Made by a program: the position numbers and the translations under genes. Shown here in pieces: positions 8,610 to 17,522 of a DNA stretch of 64,000 bases. Below the pieces are notes generated by a model, which had not been told where the DNA came from, searched no databases, and saw only the letters and a program-made list of their open reading frames with translations. Source of the stretch: Dehalococcoidia bacterium (lineage in GTDB: Bacteria > Chloroflexota > Dehalococcoidia > Plut-88900); assembly GCA_965207225.1 (NCBI GenBank), contig CBDBLV010000005.1:416001-480000 (forward strand), written 5' to 3'. How positions within the stretch are numbered: position 1 is the first letter of the stretch; the number at the start of each line of letters is the position of its first letter.

Positions 8610-10346
8610 CTATCTTGGAACCTTCACATGGACTGTCACGATATCCAGGCCATGGTATTTCCTATGGCGCAATGTGGACGCGTAGTGGCGCAGCAACCTG
8701 TATGAAATCTCTCGACTGTCCAGCAGATCCGGTGTTTCTAACGTATACGCCAGATGGTCTTCCAGATTCTCCGCGCTAGCCCCGGAAACGAACTCCAGCT
8801 CTGCCAGCCCTTCCTTAATCTGGGCGCTGATCGTCAGCCGCCGTTGCTCTACCCTTTCCTTGCTGTCAAGGTCGTCCGACAGCAAGTTCGTGAGGACCTC
8901 CTCTCCTACAAGTACAAGCCTGCCGCTTGAGGTAGTGTCCCAATTCGCCCTCAAGGCGATTTCGTTCAAGAACTCAGTCAACTTGGGCAGTTCTTTCACG
9001 TCGAGGGCGATTGTCAGCCTTTTGCTTCGAAGGCCGGTTGACTCGAGGAACAAAACCATGATCACTGCCAAAAGAGCGCCTGAAGTCACTCCGTTTCCTA
9101 ACAGTGCGCCTAAGAAACCCTCTCCGAGGAGATCCGGGAAGATCCATCCGTTTTGCAGGCCCACACCAATCCAGAAGGAAAGCCCTACAACCACCGCTTT
9201 CTTATGATCTATTCCGTCGTTCGCTACGATCCTTATACCCTGAACGAACAGCATTCCCAGGAGAAGGGTCATATAGGCGGCGGCTACCGGGGTAGGGATG
9301 GCTATCAGGAGTGCCGTTACTTTCGGCAGAAATGCAACAGTTGCAAATATTAATCCTATTGCGAGTCCCACACGCCGGGCACCGATTCCCGTTATCTCGG
9401 CAAGGGAAACACTCGTGGAGTAGGTTGTGGTCGGCAGAGTTCCGGCAAACCCCGAGAGCAGGTTGCCCACTCCGTCGGCGTTTATGGCTCCCTGTACGAC
9501 CCGGTAGTCCGTTGCCCGGCTGCTTCTACGCGATACAGCCTGAATAGCCACTCCTGCGCCAATGGTGTCAATGGAGCCCACCATGGTCACGATCAAGAAT
9601 GCTGGGAGGAGTGCCCAAAACTGGGTGCCCGGGGTGTAGTCCAGACCCGGCCAGGACCCAAATGGAACTCCCACCCATGGAGCATCGATTATCAGGTCTA
9701 GGTCATACGATCCGAACACCGCGAATACCACGCAACCAACTCCTATGCCAAACAGCAGCGACCAGATTCGACATGAAGGCGGGGCTCGCAGTTGGAGTGC
9801 GATTACAGACAAGAGCGTAGCCGAAACGGCTGCCGCGGCGCCTGCAGTGGGTACGTTGTCGGGCACCTCGGTGAATGCGTCGAACATCACAGGGAATATG
9901 GACGCTGAGATTAGCATCATTACAGAACCCGAGACGACAGGAGTGAATATTCGACGGAGCATCGGCAGCCGATATGCCATGGTGAAGTTCAACAAGGACG
10001 AGACCAGGACCAGGCTTGCCATTGTTGCCGGCCCGGCTTCCAGTAGAGCCGCAACGCAAACGGAGATGAAAGCTCCTGAGGAGCCCATGATCAGCACATG
10101 ACCCGCGCCCACACGTCCAACGCGAATAGCTTGCAATACAGTCGCAATACCGCTGATTAGCAGGGCTGCGAAGACAACCCAGGAGATGTAGCCGTCGGGC
10201 TGATCGGCAACCCGTGCAGCTATCACGACAGTGAAGACTATCCGAGATACCATCACCGCCGCGCCCTGGACCCCTGCGCCCAGGGTGACTAAAGGGGGAG
10301 GGATCTCGTTAGGCTCGTGACGAATATTTTCGTTGGCTTGCGCCAA
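8610..10346 (-). CDS. NCS2/xanthine-uracil permease-like protein with C-terminal RsbW/HATPase-like extension (paralog 1)
   Basis: 578 aa, multi-TM; NCS2-like motifs (ATVLQA..GAG, FTPVVSG, ADGVGNLLSG, ITG..ARRV, LLGMLFVQG); TTG start with AAGGAG RBS; C-terminal GEEVLTNL...SYRLLRHYASTLRHRKYHGLDIVTV. Confidence 0.88.
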   Translation of the reverse strand: MAQANENIRHEPNEIPPPLVTLGAGVQGAAVMVSRIVFTVVIAARVADQPDGYISWVVFAALLISGIATVLQAIRVGRVGAGHVLIMGSSGAFISVCVAALLEAGPATMASLVLVSSLLNFTMAYRLPMLRRIFTPVVSGSVMMLISASIFPVMFDAFTEVPDNVPTAGAAAAVSATLLSVIALQLRAPPSCRIWSLLFGIGVGCVVFAVFGSYDLDLIIDAPWVGVPFGSWPGLDYTPGTQFWALLPAFLIVTMVGSIDTIGAGVAIQAVSRRSSRATDYRVVQGAINADGVGNLLSGFAGTLPTTTYSTSVSLAEITGIGARRVGLAIGLIFATVAFLPKVTALLIAIPTPVAAAYMTLLLGMLFVQGIRIVANDGIDHKKAVVVGLSFWIGVGLQNGWIFPDLLGEGFLGALLGNGVTSGALLAVIMVLFLESTGLRSKRLTIALDVKELPKLTEFLNEIALRANWDTTSSGRLVLVGEEVLTNLLSDDLDSKERVEQRRLTISAQIKEGLAELEFVSGASAENLEDHLAYTLETPDLLDSREISYRLLRHYASTLRHRKYHGLDIVTVHVKVPR

Positions 10347-10846
10347 GCTCCTTTAGAAGGGCTTCGCTCTTGTCGGGTCCTCTAACCTGGTAACAACGGT
10401 ATAGTTGCCTGACACGAGGAGAGCCTGTGGACGGTGAGTTTGCAGCATCGAAGTTAGGTCTTGTTGTGGCTTGCCAGGCCGGCTTCTTGAATCGTCTGCT
10501 TGCATTTGCATTTAGAAGTCTTGGAAATGCAGACTCGAGCTGTCTACTGCCAAACGTCCTAATTCATGGGGGCGTTTGCTATACCTATGTAGGGGTACAG
10601 ATGCATTCAAATGGGGCGCATTGGCGCATCCGCTCCCATTTCTGGAATAAGCGCTACCAAGCCCCATATGCGGAAGCCATCACTACCAAAGAGTGGCAAT
10701 TACTTCGCCTGTTTCTAGTCTGTAGGTCCACAGATGGGTACGATTGCTACATACGTGAGTGGCATTTGCTCCTTGCAGACATGCGCCCTTGTGGCTAGAT
10801 TGCTTTTGACTGAGGCACATGTCCGCACAGGAATATCGAAAGCGCC

Positions 10847-12130
10847 ATGCATTCGCGACCTTTTGGAGCCGAAATGCCTAACGAATCCCACTACACCTGG
10901 GTGGTGAGGTCAGCCAGAAAGACAGCAGAAGCCATCTGGATAATCGATCAGAGCTCCAGTCAGGAAGACACCGATGGCTTGAGATACGTGGCGACCGTCG
11001 CCGTCAGGGTGCACTGGTTCATACTCCCAGTATTGATCTTTGAACTGCTGTATCAGCCCTATTACCTGTATGTTGGGATCGCCAGGTTTTTACCCTTTCC
11101 CCTGCTCCTCCTGGCACTGGTCGGGTTCAATGGGTACCTTCACTACCGGTTGCTGACGGCAAGGCCCGTTGCATGGCATATGCTTGTCGCCCTCTGCGTC
11201 CTGGACCTGGTCCTGGTGTCTGCTACGCTGGCGTTGAGCGAAGGGTTCAACCACTCCTTTCTTCACCTGTTCTATTATCCTGCACTTGCCGGGCTCGCAG
11301 CGCTCTTCTCTTCCTTCAGGGTTACCATGGCATGGGTGACGATGGCGTCCGTCGTTTACCTGACGATCAGCTTAACCGTCGGAGATGGCATAGACACGGA
11401 GGCAAGGGACGAGAAGGCATTGCTTGCCAGGATAGCGATCATGTACTTGGTCGTAGCGGCGGTTAACCTGGCAACGGGGTTCGAGCGCTCGAGATGGATG
11501 AGGTCCGTGGAACGAGAACGGGCCCTACAGCGGGAACGGGTGGACCTGTCCCGAGCCATTCACGACACGGCGGCACAGTCCGCCTACATGATCGGGCTGG
11601 GGATCGACACTGCGAGTGCGCAGGTGGGACAGGTGAGTCCGGAGGCGTTAGCGACCCTGCGGGAGACGTCCCGTCTCTCACGTTCCCTCATCTGGGAGCT
11701 TAGACAACCCATCAACATGGGGGGTATTTTCGAGGGCGGGGAATTGAATAGAGCTCTCAGGTCGCATGCGGCCAGCTTTACCAATGTGACATCGGTACCC
11801 GCCGAGGTGACTCACAGAGGGGTCGAGCCTCCGCTGTCGATGGAGGTGAAGAGCCTGCTCTTCTCGATAGCACACAACGCACTGACCAACGCCTATCGGC
11901 ATGCGGAAGCGAGTAATGTGGGCATCTTGTTGGATTTTACCGAGGGACAAAGCCGGCTGTCGGTCTCCGACGATGGGGTAGGGCTTCCGGATGATTACAA
12001 AGAACGAGGGAAGGGATTTGCAAACATGCAGATGGCAGCCGAGCAATTGGGCGGTCATCTTGTCATTGAGAAGAGGGGGCCCAGCGGCGGTGCGACGGTG
12101 ACCTGTCTAATACAACATTCGAGGGTCTAG
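10847..12130 (+). CDS. Membrane-bound sensor histidine kinase, HisKA_3 (NarX/UhpB) type
   Basis: Several TM helices; H-box RAIHDTAAQ, N-box HNALTNAYRHA, G boxes DDGVG and GKGFANM. Start codon uncertain. Confidence 0.92.
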   Translation: MHSRPFGAEMPNESHYTWVVRSARKTAEAIWIIDQSSSQEDTDGLRYVATVAVRVHWFILPVLIFELLYQPYYLYVGIARFLPFPLLLLALVGFNGYLHYRLLTARPVAWHMLVALCVLDLVLVSATLALSEGFNHSFLHLFYYPALAGLAALFSSFRVTMAWVTMASVVYLTISLTVGDGIDTEARDEKALLARIAIMYLVVAAVNLATGFERSRWMRSVERERALQRERVDLSRAIHDTAAQSAYMIGLGIDTASAQVGQVSPEALATLRETSRLSRSLIWELRQPINMGGIFEGGELNRALRSHAASFTNVTSVPAEVTHRGVEPPLSMEVKSLLFSIAHNALTNAYRHAEASNVGILLDFTEGQSRLSVSDDGVGLPDDYKERGKGFANMQMAAEQLGGHLVIEKRGPSGGATVTCLIQHSRV

Positions 12131-12143
12131 GAGGATAATCGGA

Positions 12144-12833
12144 ATGTCGGAGGATGGGCGCATAAGGGTAATGATCGTCGACGACCATTCGGTGGTGCGC
12201 GTCGGCCTGAAGCAAGTGCTAGAGCAATCCGGGGAGTTCGAGGTGGTGGGACAGGCGGCTGATGGGGAGGAGGCGGTCAGGGTGGCGACCGAGGTGTCCC
12301 CGGACGTGGTTGTCATGGACGTGATCATGCCGGGTAAGGATGGAGTGGAGGCGTGCCGGGAGATAATGGAGTCGGCGCCCGAAATACGGGTGGTTATGTT
12401 GACGGCCTCGACCGAGGTAGACGCCATTGTAGAGGCCGTGGCCGCAGGCGCTACCGGATTCCTTCAGAAAGAAACGGACAGGGAGAGACTGCTGTCCGCC
12501 GTGCGAGACGCTGTCTTGGGAGAACTCAGTGTCCCAGTTGAAGTTGTCAGACGTGCGTTTGAAGGAATACGTTGTACCGGAGTGAGAGGAGATCCCGCTG
12601 TTGCCGCCGGTTTAACTCAGAGAGAGCGGCAGATACTCGTCTCCTTCGCCCAGGGCATGTCCTACGCCCGAATCGCTCAGACGAGGGGCGTCAAGCCGGT
12701 AACCGTCCGAAACGCCGTTTATGGCATCCAGCAGAAGCTGAAAATAGGGACAATGCAGGGCCTCGTGCTGTGGTCCGTCAGAAATGGGCTGCTGGACAAC
12801 TATCAGGCATGCACTTCCCACATAAGTCAGTGA
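12144..12833 (+). CDS. NarL/LuxR-family response regulator
   Basis: REC domain (IVDDH, VVMDVIMPGKDG, LTAS, GFLQK) plus LuxR HTH (LTQRERQIL...KPVTVRNAV); AGGAGG RBS. Confidence 0.95.
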   Translation: MSEDGRIRVMIVDDHSVVRVGLKQVLEQSGEFEVVGQAADGEEAVRVATEVSPDVVVMDVIMPGKDGVEACREIMESAPEIRVVMLTASTEVDAIVEAVAAGATGFLQKETDRERLLSAVRDAVLGELSVPVEVVRRAFEGIRCTGVRGDPAVAAGLTQRERQILVSFAQGMSYARIAQTRGVKPVTVRNAVYGIQQKLKIGTMQGLVLWSVRNGLLDNYQACTSHISQ

Positions 12834-13310
12834 TAACCTACGTATGCGCGAAGCAAGTAGCCAGATAGCCTTCTGCCTACAGTATACAGAAGTACCAGCG
12901 AGAGCCCAATGCCTCAGTTAGCATTGTTCGATCAGCAACCAAAGAGACACGTGGCACAGAAATGATGGGCGATTATTCTGTTTCCACCGCTTTGACAGTG
13001 AGATATTGGATCATGGACGTCTCTTTAGATTTAGCCATTTCATACCCAAAGGACAATTCGATAATGAAACAAAGAAGTCCAACAAACCAGACTGCAACGA
13101 ATAAAGTATTGCCATAGCAGAATGATCGGGGTTCCTGGACCAACGATTTGATCTCGAACTGACCTAAATCCCTACCCACGAAAGGGTAACGGATTCGAAA
13201 AGCTTTCGTCAGATCACACCACTCTAGTCGTAAATTGTTGTCGCACCCTCACCCATCCCCCCCTTTGCTCCTCGAATGGTCTCCCCGGCAGGGTCTCCCT
13301 TCTTCATCCA

Positions 13311-16094
13311 TTACGGACTTTCCACGACGTCCGTGACCCTGACGGTCACTCTTATCGTACTCGCCGCTCCGTGGCTGTCGGTGGCCGCTGCGGTCAGTGT
13401 ATAGATTGTGGTCGTCTCAAAGTCCAGCACGCCCGCCACCGACAACTCCCCGCTTACGGAGTTCATCTGGAACTTCCCGCCTTCGTTCCCCGCCGTTATG
13501 GAATAGGTGAGTGCGCTCAGGTCTATGGCCTCCGCATATATGGTCCCAACCACATCACCCACCGACGCATCCTCAGCCACCCTGAATGTGTATGAGTTAA
13601 CGTAGAATGTCGGGGCACAACTCACCATGTCCTGGAATTCGGCGGTGTGAAAGTCGTTGTTGGGGGTCCCTAGCAGCCCTACGGGAATACATCCACCAAA
13701 GGAGTTCCCTGACAGGGCCACGTGAGTCAGGTTAAGCCGGCTCAGGCTCCTGGGCATACTGCCAGTCAATCGATTGTCCCTGAGCAGCAGTTGCTCAAGG
13801 CTCCCCATGTTGCCCAGTTCCGAGGGAATGCTGCCACTGAGGTCATTGTCGTTAAGGGCAAGTACCCTCAACGCGTTCAGATTGCCCAACTCTTCCGGTA
13901 TCTCCCCGCTCATCCGGTTGTCCTCAAGGTACAGCACCTGGAGCCTGCTGAGGTTACCCAACTCCTCAGGTATCCCTCCACTGAGCTGGTTCCCAAACAG
14001 GTACAGGTGGGTCAGTTGAGAGAGTCTACCCAACTCCGCAGGTATGCCGCCCGTGAGGTCGTTCTCGTCCAGGTCGATCCTGCTCAGCCCGCTCAACTCC
14101 CCAAGTTCGGTGGGTATGCTCCCGTTCAACCCCACGTCCGTCAGCCTCAGCATCCGCACCCGAGACGGGGTCCCATACACCCTGATGCCTTCCCAACTGC
14201 TTATGGCCGTTTCTCCATCCCAATCAATACTCCCGCTGCCGCTCAGCGTTCCCCTAGATCCGTACAGGTTTAAGCAGTCCTCCACCAGCCCCGGGTTGTC
14301 CGCGGGACTCGGCACAACCACCCCATTCCTGCATATCGACGTTACCGTTATTGTCACTGTTGCCTCGGCAGTCGCCCCACTGCTGTCCCGTACCTCTACC
14401 GTTAAGGTGTGAGCGGGCGTCGATGCGTAGCTCAACTCTCCAGCCACCGTTATCTGGCCCGTGCTCGACCCTACCGAGAACCCCCCTGATTCGTTGCCCG
14501 CAGTTATGGAATACGCCAAAGTGTCCCCTGCGTCCGGGTCTGTCGCCGATACGGTGCCCACTACCTCTCCTGTATCCTCGTCCTCTTCTACACTGAAGGC
14601 GTAGGACGAGGACACGAATGCCGGGGGCAGATTGCACGTGCCTGTCGTCAGCATCACAACCTCGGACCACAGCCCCGCCCTCTCGTTGTAGGTCGACCCG
14701 TCTCCATATGCCCCAATCCTGAACTCGTGGCCGCTCTCGCACAATAGGTCGGCCGCAGAGTATGTCGTTCCCGTGGCAGAATCGTCCAAGGTAGTCCAGT
14801 TCGTGTTTACGCTTATCCGGTTCTGCACGTGATATCCCGTGGCGTCGGTCACGGCGTCCCAAGACAGCTCGGCTCCAGTGTTGCCCGAGAGCGTCGCTGT
14901 CAGGCCGGCAGGCGCCGGCGCATACACCGCAGGCGGCTGGGAGGGCGTGAAGGTGTCCGTAGAGCCGTCATCTGGCGTGATGTCATCATATGCACCGATG
15001 TCCCGGTAGTACTGGTTCAACCCGCTCACATTCCCTATCCGGTCATCAGCGTAGGCATCGCTGGCCGCCGCCGTTGTGATCCGGCTCCTCAGGTTGGCCA
15101 GGGTCTGCGTATGCTCGGGGTCTCCCTCTGCCACACCGTACCTTACCGCCTGCACCACCCCCTGATCATCAAGTTGAAGATCCCACTGCTCTATTACCTG
15201 CCATGCCTCTATCGCTATAGTGTTGTGAGCTCCCATCGGCGCTAGGAACAATACGCTCTCTCGAGATTCGAATATGGTATCCAACACCATCTCTACGGTG
15301 GTTGCAATCTCTTCGAGATATGCCCCGTATTCCTCCTCGCTGAACAGAACCTCTTCTCCGAACTCTCCCTGTTCATGGGCAAGCTTGTAAAGATCGTAGG
15401 ACCGGGCCTCTCCCCGTCGGTCATAGGCAACCGTCAAGCTCTCAGTGTTTGTGATTGTTGGACCCAACAGATATTCGGATACCGTATAGTCCACATAGCA
15501 ACCCAGGAACATATAGTCTTCCGTCAACCCTCCCATCGCGAGAGACCGGAAGTTCGCTTTCACCGTCTCGGGATATATAGAATTGATTCGTTCGAGCTCT
15601 GCGTCGAACCGTCCTGCTATTACGGTCGGGGAGGGCAAAGGTGTAGGCTCTTCTATCTCCAGCCAAAATCGTATGGCTTCCTCTCGTTGGGCGAGACTCC
15701 TGGCAATCCCCCGCCACTGACATCGTACGCTGTCGCTGTCTGATGTTCCCCTGACCACGAGGTGTGCAGGTGATGCCCCAGCCAAAACCAACCCTGACTC
15801 CAGTACGTCCTCCACCGTGGCAGCAGGCTGAGGTTCAAAGGCAGCTCCCTGAGCAGCAGGCGGAGTAAACAGATCGATAGCAGTTACGTCTCTGGGTGTA
15901 CAATCAGCATCAAGGCCCTCGCAAGGCGACCAAATAGGCTCTTCCACAGATGTCGTTTCGGCTGGCGAGGCAATTTCCACAGATCCCACACCTGAGTCAC
16001 AGGCTAGAGAAATGGCAAGGGCAATTGCGAAGGGCGCAATCATCACGCTAGCCAGTACCCATGACCTCCGAGACTTGAAAATTCTCTTGATCAT
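13311..16094 (-). CDS. Putative lipoprotein: unknown N-terminal domain, FN3, cadherin, LRR, cadherin
   Basis: 927 aa; lipobox-like ISLAC; cadherin motifs (PAFVSSSYAFSVEED, ATDPD, LDFETTTIYTL); 24-aa LRRs of the LxLxxNxLxGxIPxELG type. Confidence 0.88.
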   Translation of the reverse strand: MIKRIFKSRRSWVLASVMIAPFAIALAISLACDSGVGSVEIASPAETTSVEEPIWSPCEGLDADCTPRDVTAIDLFTPPAAQGAAFEPQPAATVEDVLESGLVLAGASPAHLVVRGTSDSDSVRCQWRGIARSLAQREEAIRFWLEIEEPTPLPSPTVIAGRFDAELERINSIYPETVKANFRSLAMGGLTEDYMFLGCYVDYTVSEYLLGPTITNTESLTVAYDRRGEARSYDLYKLAHEQGEFGEEVLFSEEEYGAYLEEIATTVEMVLDTIFESRESVLFLAPMGAHNTIAIEAWQVIEQWDLQLDDQGVVQAVRYGVAEGDPEHTQTLANLRSRITTAAASDAYADDRIGNVSGLNQYYRDIGAYDDITPDDGSTDTFTPSQPPAVYAPAPAGLTATLSGNTGAELSWDAVTDATGYHVQNRISVNTNWTTLDDSATGTTYSAADLLCESGHEFRIGAYGDGSTYNERAGLWSEVVMLTTGTCNLPPAFVSSSYAFSVEEDEDTGEVVGTVSATDPDAGDTLAYSITAGNESGGFSVGSSTGQITVAGELSYASTPAHTLTVEVRDSSGATAEATVTITVTSICRNGVVVPSPADNPGLVEDCLNLYGSRGTLSGSGSIDWDGETAISSWEGIRVYGTPSRVRMLRLTDVGLNGSIPTELGELSGLSRIDLDENDLTGGIPAELGRLSQLTHLYLFGNQLSGGIPEELGNLSRLQVLYLEDNRMSGEIPEELGNLNALRVLALNDNDLSGSIPSELGNMGSLEQLLLRDNRLTGSMPRSLSRLNLTHVALSGNSFGGCIPVGLLGTPNNDFHTAEFQDMVSCAPTFYVNSYTFRVAEDASVGDVVGTIYAEAIDLSALTYSITAGNEGGKFQMNSVSGELSVAGVLDFETTTIYTLTAAATDSHGAASTIRVTVRVTDVVESP

Positions 16095-16250
16095 GGGCTC
16101 ACTTCCTCACTTACCTCGCAACTCTTTAGACTAGTGGCCTTCAACCAATCATCTTCCGATTCGATGGGTGCTCGGACTCTCGTTTTGACGCCCAAAATGT
16201 TCATAAGCTTGCGTGTAATTGGTAGCGCGTTGATTGAGATGATGCCTACA

Positions 16251-17522
16251 CTAGTTGGCCGTTTCAGCCAGGACCAGTTGGTTGTTACTGTCCCTATAAA
16301 CTAGATTGCGCATGTCCGAACCGTCGGGCGCCACGGAATAAACTATGTAGCCGCCCGGACCGACGTCCCTAACTACCGCTATTCTAGAACTGTCTGGCGA
16401 CCAGGTTGCAAAATTGCCCGTTCCGATCTCTCGATGGTTCGAGCCGTCCGTGCTCGCGACGAAAACCTTTCCGATTCGTCGTGATCCACCTGGCAGCAAG
16501 GAGAATAGCAATTTGGTCCCGTCCGGTGACCATGATAGGCTGACTCCCGGTTGAATTTCTCTCGAAAATTCAACAACTGGACGTTGTTCGGATCCGTCTG
16601 CATTGATAATGACTACCCTTGCCACTGGAGGCTCGCTCGTGTCCTCCTCCGGGTGCATGCTGAGAATGAACGCCATCTTCTGACCATCGGGCGACCAGGC
16701 CGGATGTCCCACTATTTCATTTACAAACTCATGCTTCTCACGAATCGGCGATTCATACACTCGACTCAGCCCCGAGGCATCCGCTTCTATGACATAAAGA
16801 ACGTGGCGCAGCTGTGGAATAGGCCTTAGGGGCCCGGCAGCGTTCTCTTGGCCCGTGAAAGCAAGCCTCTTGCCGTCAGGCGACCATACCGGACCCGCTA
16901 CATGCAGGGAAGAGCTGCGAAGGAGCCAACGCACGTCGGCTCCATCCGCAGCCATCGTGAATATTCCTGAGTCTTCAAAAAACTCCCCACTTTCACTGAA
17001 TCTAGCAAAGGCAATTCGCGTCCCATCGGGTGACCATGCTGGGTACAGATAATTGGGCTCCCTGCCGGCTTCCGTGGGACGTTGCCGGTCCGAGCCATCA
17101 ATCTTCCGTGTCTCGATTAAGAAAGGGAGATCTCTGTGTGCCTCGGGTGCGGTGTAGACAACGCGTTCACCGTCAGGGGAGATACTAGGATCGTATCCAT
17201 CCTCAACAATGAGGTCCAGATCAGAGCCATCCGATGCTACCACATAGATGCGATTCTCTAGCTCAGCCTGCGAATATTGCACAAACACGACGTGGCTTCC
17301 ATCGGCCGACCACTGGATATGTCGCAACGTTGGCCAGTAACGGCGTGCATCCTCGAAATTAAGAATATCTTGGTACCTAGCTTCGTCAGCGATATACCCT
17401 CCACCTCCGCAAAACGAGCCGGGACTTGACGCAAGAGTAAGCATAGATACCACAGCTAACCCAATAAGCGTCCTTAGATTAGGGGCGAGGACCTCAGCTA
17501 TATTGCTCCTTAGAAGTTTCAC
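16251..17522 (-). CDS. Secreted TolB-like (PD40) beta-propeller protein
   Basis: Repeated WSPDG..IAF and DGS motifs; N-terminal hydrophobic segment; start overlaps the giant gene's stop by 4 bp. Confidence 0.88.
   Translation of the reverse strand: MKLLRSNIAEVLAPNLRTLIGLAVVSMLTLASSPGSFCGGGGYIADEARYQDILNFEDARRYWPTLRHIQWSADGSHVVFVQYSQAELENRIYVVASDGSDLDLIVEDGYDPSISPDGERVVYTAPEAHRDLPFLIETRKIDGSDRQRPTEAGREPNYLYPAWSPDGTRIAFARFSESGEFFEDSGIFTMAADGADVRWLLRSSSLHVAGPVWSPDGKRLAFTGQENAAGPLRPIPQLRHVLYVIEADASGLSRVYESPIREKHEFVNEIVGHPAWSPDGQKMAFILSMHPEEDTSEPPVARVVIINADGSEQRPVVEFSREIQPGVSLSWSPDGTKLLFSLLPGGSRRIGKVFVASTDGSNHREIGTGNFATWSPDSSRIAVVRDVGPGGYIVYSVAPDGSDMRNLVYRDSNNQLVLAETAN

Noticed and set aside
12973-13179. 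68-aa AT-rich ORF with a hydrophobic stretch
   Set aside because: No recognisable motif or clear RBS; may be a remnant but cannot be supported.
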